IMG/VR virus record: IMGVR_UViG_3300037565_000061
Coordinates: 1-50,455 of that record
Reading direction: 5' to 3' (one strand)
From: a virus
Lineage: Duplodnaviria > Caudoviricetes
Length of the DNA: 50,455 bases
Each line of letters starts with the position of its first letter. Position 1 is the first letter of the stretch. Below are positions 8,348 through 17,489 of the stretch, in pieces. The notes beneath the pieces are model-generated. The model saw only the letters and a list, made by a program, of their open reading frames with translations, was not told the origin of the DNA and made no database searches. The position numbers and the translations under genes were made by a program.

Positions 8348-8683
8348 GTGCAGGACGAAACTCAGGAATTTGACGGGCGCAACGAGCCCGATGTCGATGC
8401 GGACAAGCTGATCGCCTGGCTCGACGATCTCGAAGAGGGCAAGAAGGCCATCAGCGAGGCCACGGGCGCCCTGCGGTCGCAGATCAAGGCGATCCTGGAG
8501 GAGACCGGTTGGCACAAGTCCGCCCTCGCCATGATCCGCCAGATCGACGACATGAGCGAGACCAAGCGGGCCGACTTCCTGCGCTCCTTCGATCCCCTCT
8601 ACCGCGCCATGATGGATGCCAAGTGGGAGACCGAGATGGAAGACCTGCTGGCCGATCAGAACGAGGGCGAGGAGGCGGCATGA
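8348..8683 (+). CDS. Hypothetical protein, possibly GapR/DUF2312-like DNA-binding
   Basis: KLIAWLDDLEEGKKAI..IKAILEETGWHKSALAMIRQI..MSETKR pattern loosely parallels GapR. Confidence 0.55.
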   Translation: MQDETQEFDGRNEPDVDADKLIAWLDDLEEGKKAISEATGALRSQIKAILEETGWHKSALAMIRQIDDMSETKRADFLRSFDPLYRAMMDAKWETEMEDLLADQNEGEEAA

Positions 8684-8961
8684 AGATCCCCTTCAACCCC
8701 TTCGCGCTGATCGGCGCGGCGCTGACGCAATCCACCGCACCGACCGGGGGCGGGCCGCGCCAGCCCGGTCCTGGCGTGACACGGGCCAAGGAGCGGCTTG
8801 CCGCCAAGCTGGAGGCCAACAAGGCCATTCCCGATGCCGAGGTGATGACCCGTCAGCGGCGGCGTCAGGCGGCGCGGGCGGCGGTCAAGGCACACCTCTC
8901 CGAGGCCAAGAAGCAGGCCCTGAAAGGCAAGCAGCGTGGCGGCGCTGCGGGGGTCCGGTGA
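8680..8961 (+). CDS. Basic hypothetical protein
   Basis: MKIPFNPF..., GGAGG RBS, ATGA/GTGA coupled. Confidence 0.65.
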   Translation: MKIPFNPFALIGAALTQSTAPTGGGPRQPGPGVTRAKERLAAKLEANKAIPDAEVMTRQRRRQAARAAVKAHLSEAKKQALKGKQRGGAAGVR

Positions 8962-9488
8962 AGATCCTCGCCTACGACCTCGGGACCACCACCGGCTGCG
9001 CCTTTGGCGCGGTCGGGGAGACCCCCCAGATGTGGTCCGAGACCTTTGGCGAAGCGGGGCCGTCTCACGCGCACCGCTTTACCCAAGCTCTCATCCAGTT
9101 TCGCAAGCACATCGACCGTCACCAGCCGAACCTCGTCGTCATCGAGGCTGCCATCGCGGCGGGCCCCAAGGGCGGGGCGGCACGGGTTCAGGTCGCCATG
9201 GGACTGCGGGCCTGCGTCCTGATCGCCGCCCAGGCGAAGGGCGTGCGCTGGGGGGAGTATGCCGTCCAGACGGTGCGTAAGCACTTCATCGGGAAGGGGA
9301 AAGGGCACGGCCGGAACGAGGCCAAGGCCCAGACGATGAAGCGGTGCCGGATGCTGGGCTGGAAGGTGCTGAACGACAACGAGGCAGACGCGGCGGCGCT
9401 CTGGGATCTCGCTTGCATGAAAGAGCGACGGATCGCGACAGCCGCACCAATGGGACTGTTCGACTATGAAAGTGCAAAACGGCAGTAG
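8958..9488 (+). CDS. RuvC-like Holliday junction resolvase
   Basis: ILAYDLGTTTG, VVIE, VRKHFIGKG, NDNEADAAALW. Confidence 0.8.
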   Translation: MKILAYDLGTTTGCAFGAVGETPQMWSETFGEAGPSHAHRFTQALIQFRKHIDRHQPNLVVIEAAIAAGPKGGAARVQVAMGLRACVLIAAQAKGVRWGEYAVQTVRKHFIGKGKGHGRNEAKAQTMKRCRMLGWKVLNDNEADAAALWDLACMKERRIATAAPMGLFDYESAKRQ

Positions 9489-10911
9489 CGACGGCACGGG
9501 GCAAGAGGCGGTCCAGAGCGTCGAGGCGGAGCAGCAGGTGCTGGGCGCCCTCCTGCTGGACAACGAGACCTACCACACGGTTTCGGGGCAGATCGAGGCC
9601 GGTGACTTCTTCGAGCCGCTGCACGGTCGCATCTTCGACTGCATCGCGGCCCGGGTGGATGCCGGGTCGGTCGCCAGCCCGATCACCCTCAAGTCCGATC
9701 TGGCAAGCGACGGGGCGCTGAAGGATCTCGGCTTTGGCTATCTCGCCAAGCTGGTTGGTGCCGCCGCCTCGCGGGCGAGCCTCAAGGAGTACGTCACCTA
9801 CCTGATCGACCTCAAGGCCAAGCGCGAGCTGATCTCGATCTCGGAGGAGGCCAAGGAACACGCCCTGCACGGCGCGGGACCGGCCCACGAGATCGCCTCC
9901 AAGCTAGAGCAGAAGGCCGGGGGCCTGATCTCCCGCACCACCTCCAAGCCGATGCTGTCCTCACATCTCGCCGCTGTCACCGAGGCGGTGGCGAACATCA
10001 ACGCCATCAGGATGGGCGAGCGCGAGCCGGGGATACCCTCGGGCATCCGGCAACTGGACGACCTGATCGGGGGCTTCCTGCCGGGCCGCTTCTACGTGGT
10101 GGCGGGCAGACCCTCGATGGGCAAGACCACCGCCGTTCACAACTTCGCTTGGAACGCCCAGCGGGCGGGCAAGGGCGTCTTCTTCGCCTCTCTGGAGATG
10201 CCCAAGGACGAGATGGCGACCCGCCTCGTGTCGCGGGGTCTGATCGAGAAGGGCCACCGGGTGGCCTACTCCAACATGCTGCGGGGCCGGGTCTCGGAGG
10301 AGGAGATGCGCTGCGTGGTCGAGGAGGTCAAGGCGCACGTCTCGATCCCGATCTACTACGGCGAGCGGCACGTGCGGAACATCACCCGCCTGCGGTCAGC
10401 CGCCAAGCGGGCGCACCAGCAGTTGGCCGACAGCGGCACCCCCCTGGGCATGATCGTGGTCGATTACGTGCAGCTTATCTCGGACCCCACGGCGCGAGAT
10501 CCGCGGGTGAACGTCAGCCGGGCCTGTGCCCTCTGCAAGGACCTGGCGATGGAGCTGAACGTGCCGGTGATCGCCTGTGCGCAGTTGAGCCGCGCCGTGG
10601 AGATGCGCGACCCGCCGGTGCCGATGCTGTCCGACCTCAAGGAGAGCGGCAGCCTGGAGGAGGACGCTGACGTGGTGATCTTCTGCTACCGGGCGGAATA
10701 CTACCTGCAGCGCGCCATCGACGCGGGACGCACCCTCTCCACCGAGGACATGGCCGATCTGGAGGCCCAGGTCGCCCAGGTGCGCAACGAGATCGACTAC
10801 ATCGTGGCGAAGCAGCGCGGCGGGCCGGTGGGCCAGCGGTCGAGCTACATCGACCTCGCCCACAACTACATCGCCTCCGACTACGCCCGGTCTGAGGGGC
10901 ACCTGATCTGA
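9466..10911 (+). CDS. dnaB: Replicative DNA helicase
   Basis: EAEQQVLGALL, AGRPSMGKT (Walker A), SLEM, IVVDYVQL, QLSR, SDLKESGSLEEDAD, KQRGG. Confidence 0.95.
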   Translation: MKVQNGSSDGTGQEAVQSVEAEQQVLGALLLDNETYHTVSGQIEAGDFFEPLHGRIFDCIAARVDAGSVASPITLKSDLASDGALKDLGFGYLAKLVGAAASRASLKEYVTYLIDLKAKRELISISEEAKEHALHGAGPAHEIASKLEQKAGGLISRTTSKPMLSSHLAAVTEAVANINAIRMGEREPGIPSGIRQLDDLIGGFLPGRFYVVAGRPSMGKTTAVHNFAWNAQRAGKGVFFASLEMPKDEMATRLVSRGLIEKGHRVAYSNMLRGRVSEEEMRCVVEEVKAHVSIPIYYGERHVRNITRLRSAAKRAHQQLADSGTPLGMIVVDYVQLISDPTARDPRVNVSRACALCKDLAMELNVPVIACAQLSRAVEMRDPPVPMLSDLKESGSLEEDADVVIFCYRAEYYLQRAIDAGRTLSTEDMADLEAQVAQVRNEIDYIVAKQRGGPVGQRSSYIDLAHNYIASDYARSEGHLI

Positions 10912-11735
10912 TGGGCGGCTGGACCAAGAAACCCCGCTCACGTTTCGAGCATCACCTCTTCGCCAAGGAGAAGTTTTGCCGAGGCTACGCCTGGGACTGG
11001 TTGGTCGATCATGCCGCCTTCAAACCCCTCTCCGTCGATGTTTCGGGGCGCACGGTGGAGCTTCAGCGGGGCCAGCTTTGCTACTCGATCCGCTTCCTGG
11101 CGAAGGCGTGGAACTGGGACAAGGCCGCAGTCAGTCGATTCCTGACCCGTCTCAAAACCGAGACAATGATCGAAACACATACCGAGACAGGTCAAACGAT
11201 CATAACCATCTGCAATTACGAGAAATTCAACGCAATCGAACCGGAGACCGAGACAGGGGCCGAGACACCACCCGAGACAGAAGCGAGACAGCAGCGAGAC
11301 AGCAGCGAGACAAATAAGAAGAAGTATAAGAAGGATAAGAAGGAAGAGACTCCCCCCAAAGCCCCCCAGGGGGCGGACCTGTTCGGGGGCAAGCCGAAAG
11401 ACCCCTCTCCGGTCGAGATCCTGACCCAGATCATTCCCCAGCAACTGGCCGAGGACTTCGTCGAGCACCGGCGTCGGATGGGTAGGAAACACCACATCAC
11501 CAACGTAGCCGCCCGTCTGCTCGTGAAGCAGTGGAAGGGCAAGCCCAACGTGGTCGGCGCTTTCGAGCAATCCATCCGCAACGGCTGGCAGGGCGTCTTC
11601 GAGGTCAAGCAGGAGACCCGCCGCGCCCCCGGCGTGCCCGGCACAGAGGGCATCAAACGCATGATCCAGGACCGCAACCAGCGCCGCGACATGGAGCCCG
11701 GCGGCTATCTCGCAAAGGGGAAGACCATTGGCTGA
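10911..11735 (+). CDS. Phage replication initiation protein
   Basis: LQRGQL..SIRFLAKAWNW..ITICNYEKF winged helix; EQSIRNGWQGVF; contains iterons. Confidence 0.85.
   Translation: MGGWTKKPRSRFEHHLFAKEKFCRGYAWDWLVDHAAFKPLSVDVSGRTVELQRGQLCYSIRFLAKAWNWDKAAVSRFLTRLKTETMIETHTETGQTIITICNYEKFNAIEPETETGAETPPETEARQQRDSSETNKKKYKKDKKEETPPKAPQGADLFGGKPKDPSPVEILTQIIPQQLAEDFVEHRRRMGRKHHITNVAARLLVKQWKGKPNVVGAFEQSIRNGWQGVFEVKQETRRAPGVPGTEGIKRMIQDRNQRRDMEPGGYLAKGKTIG
11159..11350 (+). repeat. Iterons and purine-rich tract (probable phage origin)
   Basis: CGAGACA at 11159, 11183, 11249, 11261, 11273, 11284, 11295, 11306 (11-12 bp period within clusters; CGAAACA at 11171), then A-rich AATAAGAAGAAGTATAAGAAGGATAAGAAGG. 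Confidence 0.75.
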
Positions 11736-12252
11736 TCTCTTCGACATCGTGGTCACGGACCCGCCCTGGGCCTTCGCCTCCAATTCCAAGGCCAAGCCGG
11801 GCCGCAACGCCATGCGCCACTACGAGTGCCTGTCCGACGCCGAGCTGCGGCTGATGCGGATACCGGCCAAGCGGGACGCGCTGATGTTCATGTGGACCAC
11901 CGCGCCGATGCTGCGCCGGTCGATGATTATCGGCACGGCCTGGGGCTTCGACTACGTGTCCAACCTGGTCTGGATCAAGGACCGGATCGGCACCGGCTTC
12001 TGGGCGCGGAACCGACATGAGCACGTCTTGATCCTCAAGCGCGGGGCCTTTCCCTGCCCCTCGCCAGCGCCCTTCGAGGACAGCGTGATCGAGGGCGGTC
12101 AGCGCGAGCACTCCCGCAAGCCCGAGGACCTGCAAGACCGGATCGACGCGATCTGGCCGGATCTCACCAAGATCGAAATGTTCGCCCGCCGGCAGCGCCC
12201 CGGCTGGACCACCTGGGGAAATCAGACGGAGAAGTTCAATGAAGCACCATAG
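11728..12252 (+). CDS. MT-A70 family adenine methyltransferase
   Basis: DPPW, LMFMWTT, WGF.Y...VWIK, GTGFWARNRHE, HSRKP, KIEMFAR..RPGW..WGNQ. Confidence 0.92.
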   Translation: MADLFDIVVTDPPWAFASNSKAKPGRNAMRHYECLSDAELRLMRIPAKRDALMFMWTTAPMLRRSMIIGTAWGFDYVSNLVWIKDRIGTGFWARNRHEHVLILKRGAFPCPSPAPFEDSVIEGGQREHSRKPEDLQDRIDAIWPDLTKIEMFARRQRPGWTTWGNQTEKFNEAP

Positions 12253-12721
12253 ACCAGATCAGATCACGCCCGACGAGCAGGAGGCCATCGCCCGCTATCT
12301 GAAGCGCAACGAGGTGACGAGGGTGCCACCCGGCGCGACGGTGGATGCGGGCTATCACTGGGACGGCAAGAAGCTGGTGGCCTCAGATCCCAGCCAAGTG
12401 TCCTGGCGCAATGGCCCGGCCAGGGGCAAGCCCATCGCCCCCGCGACGGCCGAGCGGCGGATGCGGCTGCGCGACCACATGCGCAGGCAGGGCAGCGCCC
12501 GCGACTTTGCCGAGATGGAGGGGGTGCCCCTCTCCACCGTCTACACCGACGCCAGCGCCATCGGCTTCAGCTTCAAATACCCCGGCCTCGACCGCACCGA
12601 GGGCCGACAGGCCAAGGCGCTTGAGTTGCGCGGCGAGGGTCTGACGCAGAAGCAGGTGGCCGAGCGGCTGGGCGTCGGGATCGAAACCGTGCGGCGCTAC
12701 GAGAAGGCGGCACGGCAATGA
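12239..12721 (+). CDS. HTH DNA-binding protein
   Basis: C-terminal GLTQKQVAERLGVGIETVRRY; second internal HTH-like segment. Confidence 0.7.
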   Translation: MKHHRPDQITPDEQEAIARYLKRNEVTRVPPGATVDAGYHWDGKKLVASDPSQVSWRNGPARGKPIAPATAERRMRLRDHMRRQGSARDFAEMEGVPLSTVYTDASAIGFSFKYPGLDRTEGRQAKALELRGEGLTQKQVAERLGVGIETVRRYEKAARQ

Positions 12722-12894
12722 GCGCGGTGCGGACCCAGCTCGACCGGATCACCTCGCTGGAGGAGCTGGAGGGCTTTGCCGAGATGCTGCGCAATCCCCC
12801 GGCAGGGGTGGAGGTCAAGGAGGCGACGGAGGCCGACTGGGCCGCGATCGCGGAACGCAAGATCCAGTACCTGAAGAGGAGGGCAGGGCAATGA
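12718..12894 (+). CDS. Small hypothetical protein (58 aa)
   Basis: MSAVRTQLDRITSLEELEGFAEMLR...; ATGA overlaps at both ends. Confidence 0.65.
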   Translation: MSAVRTQLDRITSLEELEGFAEMLRNPPAGVEVKEATEADWAAIAERKIQYLKRRAGQ

Positions 12895-13238
12895 GCGAGG
12901 GAGGCTGGGGTCCTTGGGAGAAGCACGACGGGCGCGGCTGCCCGCCGCACCTCATGGGGCGGCTGGTGGAGGTCATCAAGGTGCTGGCCGAGGACGACTG
13001 CGAGGGCGGTAAGGCGTTCGATGAACAACCCGAAACCCTGGTTGTCACCAACGCGATCGCCATGAACCCCATGTGGCACGATTCCAACTTCGGGAATGTC
13101 TATCGGGTGTTGTCCGGACCGCGCGCCGGCACGCTGTTTCACAGCGCCCGCATCGACCGCTACCGCGTCCGCAAGCCCCGCGCCCTGCGCGACCTGATCC
13201 AGATGGTCGAGACCCTGCCGCAGGAGGAGGACGCATGA
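12891..13238 (+). CDS. Hypothetical phage protein
   Basis: WGPWEKHDGRGCP..., IDRYRVRKPR; coupled. Confidence 0.7.
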   Translation: MSEGGWGPWEKHDGRGCPPHLMGRLVEVIKVLAEDDCEGGKAFDEQPETLVVTNAIAMNPMWHDSNFGNVYRVLSGPRAGTLFHSARIDRYRVRKPRALRDLIQMVETLPQEEDA

Positions 13239-13453
13239 GAGGCCAGCCCCGCATCAGCCCGATCTACAGCCATGGCCCCTCGGAGGAGCTTTTGCCCTCC
13301 GTGGCCGAGAAGCAGCGCAATGACGCCATGGCGCTGGCCTGGCGGCGGCACGGCCTCCTGGTCATCGACCCAACCGACATCGAGGACGACTGGCTGCGTC
13401 AGGCGCTGATGAACCTCGGTAACACCCGCTACGGAAAGCAGCGCCGTGGCTGA
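13235..13453 (+). CDS. Hypothetical phage protein
   Basis: MRGQPRISP..., GGAGG RBS, ATGA overlap. Confidence 0.65.
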   Translation: MRGQPRISPIYSHGPSEELLPSVAEKQRNDAMALAWRRHGLLVIDPTDIEDDWLRQALMNLGNTRYGKQRRG

Positions 13454-14081
13454 GCGGCGCGAGCACCATATCGAGCAGGCGCTGACCTGGGCCTTTGCCA
13501 CCGAGTGCGCCCAGATCGACACGCCCGAGACCGGCTACCGGCGCAACGTCGGCACCGAGTACCGGATGCTGAAGCGGGCGGAGCTCGGCGGGGTCCAGAT
13601 CGACGGCGGCGGGCACTCCCTGCCGCACGACGACGCCGAGATCCTGGCGGGCATGGTCAGCAACCTCCCCGAGGCTTTCGGCGGCATGGGCATGGCCATC
13701 ACGGTGGCCCAGCACGCCCGCACCAAATCCCGGCCCGACGCCATGCTTGGCGCCGTGCCCCGCCTCTGGCCCGCCAACTGGGGCGGCGGGGCGAAGCGCA
13801 TGGGCAAGAGCGTGGAAATCGCGGGCTACCAGGAGACCTTCTACCGCCCGCACCCGAAGAACCGGGCGAAGATGATCAAGCGGACGCGGATGGTGAAGGT
13901 GGGCTACACGCCCTGCATCTGGGAGCCGCACCCCGACCTGATCCGGGACATGCGGCGGGGCTATCACCGCTGGTGGCTGGCACTCGACTACCTGCGACAG
14001 GTGGCGCTCGAGTACCCCCACTTCGTCAAGCTGGCGCTCACTTCGGAGATGCCCCCCTACAAGCCTTGGGAAAGCCGCTAG
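13446..14081 (+). CDS. Phage protein, positional candidate for late-gene regulator
   Basis: Last gene of the rightward early operon; ALTWAF..E, IDGGG.S.PHDDA, WWLALDYL; function inferred from position only. Confidence 0.65.
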   Translation: MAERREHHIEQALTWAFATECAQIDTPETGYRRNVGTEYRMLKRAELGGVQIDGGGHSLPHDDAEILAGMVSNLPEAFGGMGMAITVAQHARTKSRPDAMLGAVPRLWPANWGGGAKRMGKSVEIAGYQETFYRPHPKNRAKMIKRTRMVKVGYTPCIWEPHPDLIRDMRRGYHRWWLALDYLRQVALEYPHFVKLALTSEMPPYKPWESR

Positions 14082-14460
14082 GGCGGTGGCCGTCCAGAAG
14101 CCAGCCGAGGGCACGGGCGGCGAGATCCGGCGGGCCCCGCTCGTCGCTCTCCCACTTCAGCAGGATCTCGGTCTCCACATCGAGGAGCTGGGCAAGCGCG
14201 TCGGCGGAGATGCCCAGGGACTCGCGGTGGGCGCGGAACTGGTCGCCGGTCTGGGGCCAGTCATAGGGGCGGTAGCCGTCGAGGAGCCAGCGCAGCATCG
14301 CCGCCGCGGTCGGGTGAACCGGCTGGGCGCCGCTGCACCATCGCTTGACGCTGCGCCCGTCCACGTTCATCAGCCGGGCGACCCGCTCGAAGCCGATCCG
14401 CAAGCGGTCCATCCCGGCTTTGAAACCCTCGGCGGTCGTGGTGTCGATGTCCTCGGACAT
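14038..14460 (-). CDS. Tandem double-HTH protein
   Basis: Two repeats: FK...RL......ARLM.VDGRSVKRW and FR...SLG...ALAQLLDV..ILKWE, each ending WLLDG. Confidence 0.75.
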   Translation of the reverse strand: MSEDIDTTTAEGFKAGMDRLRIGFERVARLMNVDGRSVKRWCSGAQPVHPTAAAMLRWLLDGYRPYDWPQTGDQFRAHRESLGISADALAQLLDVETEILLKWESDERGPPDLAARALGWLLDGHRPSGFPKACRGASPK

Positions 14461-14590
14461 GGGAGTAATCCTTAAATTCGGTCGCGGGAAGCCCTGAGAG
14501 GGGCTAGGGCGGTCTTTAGCGGGTTGGCCGGGGGTGCGGTAGGGGAAAGCACCTGTCGGCTCTGAGCGGGCCGGAAATCGGCCCGTTCGG

Positions 14591-15124
14591 TTAGAAGAGG
14601 CTCAACTGTTTGGCCCCGGTGCGCGGATCGTCGCGCTCGCAGCCGGGAATGACGGTCTGCTCCCCGGCGGCGGTCAACTCGGATCGGTAGCCGGTCTTGT
14701 GGACACGCCACTGGTCGCCGGGCTCCAGCCGCTCGATCCAGGCGTCCTCGCCGTGCTGCGCGATGAAGAGCCTGTCGGAGGCGTCCTTGCGGGGCCGGTG
14801 GAAGTCGGGCGCGCTGTGGCCCGAGGGGCGGATGCACATCGACCCCGGCTCCTGAAGACAGGCGGTGCAGCGCACGGCCAGGACCGGGTGGCGGAAGGCG
14901 GTGAAGTCGATCAGCTCGCCATTGTTCAGGCGCACCGCTTCCTCGACGCTCTCCGCCTCGACCTCGATCACGCGGACCTCTTCGCGGCGGCAGGGGTCGT
15001 CGTACTCGGCCGGGTCGCACACGTCCCGCGCTTGCCGGTTGGCATCCTCGCGGCTGGTGGTGGTGCGGGAGGTGCGCCAGCCGTGCGGCCCCCGGTGCAT
15101 CTGGACGAGGTAGAAGGTGCTCAT
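14591..15124 (-). CDS. Hypothetical protein with CxxC-C-H zinc-finger-like motif
   Basis: MSTFYLVQ...; LAVRCTACLQEPGSMCIRPSG...FHRPR. Confidence 0.65.
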   Translation of the reverse strand: MSTFYLVQMHRGPHGWRTSRTTTSREDANRQARDVCDPAEYDDPCRREEVRVIEVEAESVEEAVRLNNGELIDFTAFRHPVLAVRCTACLQEPGSMCIRPSGHSAPDFHRPRKDASDRLFIAQHGEDAWIERLEPGDQWRVHKTGYRSELTAAGEQTVIPGCERDDPRTGAKQLSLF

Positions 15125-15564
15125 TGTACCACCAGCGATGCGTTCTCGGTCGGGCGATGCCAGCCCTCGCACATGGCGTCGATCGCGGCGCTCTCGACCG
15201 CGTTCCAACGGTCTTCCGCCTTGCGGTCACGTGCATCCAGCATGATTGACCGGGAGAAGGCGCCGAAGGCGGTCTTGGGGTCGATGCCCTGCGCCTTGCA
15301 GTAATCCTCCGCCGCCTGAATCCCGCGCGCCTCGTCGGCGTCATCCGCATCGCGGCGGGCGGTCCACTCGAACCTCAGTTCGGCGCTGTCGCACCACCAG
15401 CCGTGATCTTCCCAGATGCGATCAAACTCTTCCGGGGTCTTGGCGACATCACCGATGCGCTCGATCTCTTCGCGCGTCATCTGATAGCCGCAATGGGTCT
15501 CAACGGCGCGGCAGAAGCCTTCGGAGCCGGGATCGTATTCGTCGTAAATCTCGTGCAGGGTCAT
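15121..15564 (-). CDS. Acidic hypothetical protein
   Basis: AGGAG RBS, 147 aa. Confidence 0.7.
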   Translation of the reverse strand: MTLHEIYDEYDPGSEGFCRAVETHCGYQMTREEIERIGDVAKTPEEFDRIWEDHGWWCDSAELRFEWTARRDADDADEARGIQAAEDYCKAQGIDPKTAFGAFSRSIMLDARDRKAEDRWNAVESAAIDAMCEGWHRPTENASLVVQ

Positions 15565-15611
15565 CTTCTCTCTCCTGTTGATGGCGGGACCGTAGCCCCG
15601 CCGGTTGGACT

Positions 15612-16004
15612 TTAGAAACTGAAATCGTGGTAGTGGTCGCGCTTGCCGACGATCAGCCCGCCGCGCCCCGACTTGTTCCAGCGTTTCGTCTCGGGGTTCC
15701 AGCGGACGGCATCGTAGCCGCCCTCACCGTCCTGACGGAAGGTCTCGACCGCGCCGCCGGGATCGGGTTCGCAGGACCAGTCCTGGCAGTCGCTCATGCC
15801 GTTCTGGTCGGTGCGGGTGGCCTTGTCGTGCTGGACGTGGACGACATCACCCTCCACGGCGATGATGGTCCCGGCCTGGCGGTCGGTCCAGCGCAGGATG
15901 GTCGCGCCCATGCCGATCTTCGGCTCGGGCGCGCCCTTCGTCTGGCGGCTGTAGAGGTGGTTGATCGCGCTTCCGGTCTCGATGCCGGGTCTCATGGTGG
16001 TCAT
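15612..16004 (-). CDS. Hypothetical phage protein
   Basis: AGGAG RBS; PKIGMGAT...TDRQAGTII. Confidence 0.75.
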   Translation of the reverse strand: MTTMRPGIETGSAINHLYSRQTKGAPEPKIGMGATILRWTDRQAGTIIAVEGDVVHVQHDKATRTDQNGMSDCQDWSCEPDPGGAVETFRQDGEGGYDAVRWNPETKRWNKSGRGGLIVGKRDHYHDFSF

Positions 16005-16074
16005 CTGGTCTCTCCTGCGGTTGTCATGCTTGGCGCATGGGATGGGGGCCGGTGTTCAGCCCCGCACCGATGCG

Positions 16075-16308
16075 TCAGGGAGCAACCTCGACATCCACGA
16101 AGCCCTGGGGCAGATCACCGTAGTGCTTGCGGCAGTAGCTGCGCATCCAGGTCTTGGCGTCTGCCAGGGTCATCGAGCCGGGGGCGAAGACGGTTTCGAC
16201 TTCCGTGTTGCCGTCCATCACGAGGAAGGCCCAACCACCTCGGCCCGAAGGCTTCTTGCCGTGGCTGCGTTCGTAGGTGGCGGTATAAAATTCGGTGGAA
16301 AAGGCCAT
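16075..16308 (-). CDS. Hypothetical phage protein
   Basis: TAGGAGA RBS; HGKKPSGRGGWAF. Confidence 0.75.
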   Translation of the reverse strand: MAFSTEFYTATYERSHGKKPSGRGGWAFLVMDGNTEVETVFAPGSMTLADAKTWMRSYCRKHYGDLPQGFVDVEVAP

Positions 16309-16329
16309 TGTCTTGATCTCCTAGATGCT

Positions 16330-16396
16330 GGGCTTCATTGCCCGATAAGTCATCACTATCGCAAATAGCGACCATTGTCAAACATTATCGGGCAAT
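16330..16396 (-). promoter_or_regulatory. Leftward promoter cassette with operator and leader hairpin
   Basis: TTGACA-17-TAGTGA on minus strand; operator ATCGCAAATAGCGAC 16358-16372; hairpin 16330-16344. Confidence 0.75.
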
Positions 16397-16416
16397 AGTG
16401 CAACGGGATCAGGTAC

Positions 16417-17019
16417 TTACACCGTTTCCGCCAGTAACTCGACTTCCTGCGCCGAGACCAGACACCGGCCACCGGGGAGATGGACGCAGACCATCGAGGG
16501 GGGCACGTGGCCGACGCTCGGGTCATCGCCGGGCAGGGCCACCACGGTGCCCTCAAAGCCGTTGGCGCGGATGCGGGTGCCCTTCGCCAGACCGGCCAGC
16601 TTCATCTTCCGGGTCAGCCGCTCCCAAGTCGCGTTGGCGAGATCCACGAAGGTCCAGTGGCCGCGCTTGTTGCGGGCGAACCAGTTGACGAGCCGGCCGT
16701 CGATGGCCTCGCTCACGTGGAAGAACTCGCAGCCGCCGCGCTGCTCCCACCGGCAGGGCGGCAGCACTTCCAGCGCGTGGAACCAGGATTCCTCGGTGAT
16801 CGGTTCGGGCGCGGTGCAGCGGCTTTCCTCGTACTCGGCCTGAAGCCGGTCCAGCTCCTCGCTGGTGATGACCTTCAGGGGGTAGGGCTTGGTCTTGGAG
16901 TAGCGCAGCGGCGTCAGGCCATCGGTGAAGGCCACGGTGCCGTTGGGCAGGATTTCGTTCTCGATGCGGCCCTTGTAGGGCTCGTCTGCGCGGATCAGGT
17001 ACTGGTTGGCGTCAGGCAT
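16417..17019 (-). CDS. Hypothetical protein (DUF1419-like segment)
   Basis: ITEESWFHALEVLPP.RW...FFHVSE; GAGGA RBS. Confidence 0.65.
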   Translation of the reverse strand: MPDANQYLIRADEPYKGRIENEILPNGTVAFTDGLTPLRYSKTKPYPLKVITSEELDRLQAEYEESRCTAPEPITEESWFHALEVLPPCRWEQRGGCEFFHVSEAIDGRLVNWFARNKRGHWTFVDLANATWERLTRKMKLAGLAKGTRIRANGFEGTVVALPGDDPSVGHVPPSMVCVHLPGGRCLVSAQEVELLAETV

Positions 17020-17254
17020 GGTGGTCCTCGCTTTCCAAGGCTTCTACACAATGCGGGCAAGTCACCCGCGCGCGGGATTTCACCCCCGCATTCGCGGGCA
17101 CATCATGCCGCCCGCAAACCGTCCAAAGCAGAAATGTGCCAGGATCACCGGCAACCATCTGATCGCCTTCGCAGGCGTGGATAAGACCGTCAGGCGAACC
17201 CCATCTCAGGGGCATGCCGTCAATCTCGCGCTTTGGTGCATGAGCGTCTTTCAT
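17012..17254 (-). CDS. Small Cys/His-rich hypothetical protein
   Basis: MKDAHAP...H..C..VTCPHC; AGGAG RBS. Confidence 0.65.
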   Translation of the reverse strand: MKDAHAPKREIDGMPLRWGSPDGLIHACEGDQMVAGDPGTFLLWTVCGRHDVPANAGVKSRARVTCPHCVEALESEDHHA

Positions 17255-17267
17255 TGGTTCGGTCCTC

Positions 17268-17489
17268 CTATTGGTAGCTGTTGAGAGAGAAATCGGTGCG
17301 GGCCTTGCCGCTCGACATTTCGTCCGCAAAGAACGGCTCGCGAAGGCTGTCCATCGCCTCCGGTAGGCGGGCGTTATCTGCCCCGATGTCGAGGGCGCGA
17401 ACGATGTCCAATAGCGCCTGGCGATCAACGACGATCTGGGCTGCGGTGATGGTCACGTCCTTCGTTTTGGGGGCTTGGTCTTCGGTCAT
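17268..17489 (-). CDS. Hypothetical protein
   Basis: MTEDQAPK..., AAGGA RBS, ATGA overlap. Confidence 0.6.
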   Translation of the reverse strand: MTEDQAPKTKDVTITAAQIVVDRQALLDIVRALDIGADNARLPEAMDSLREPFFADEMSSGKARTDFSLNSYQ

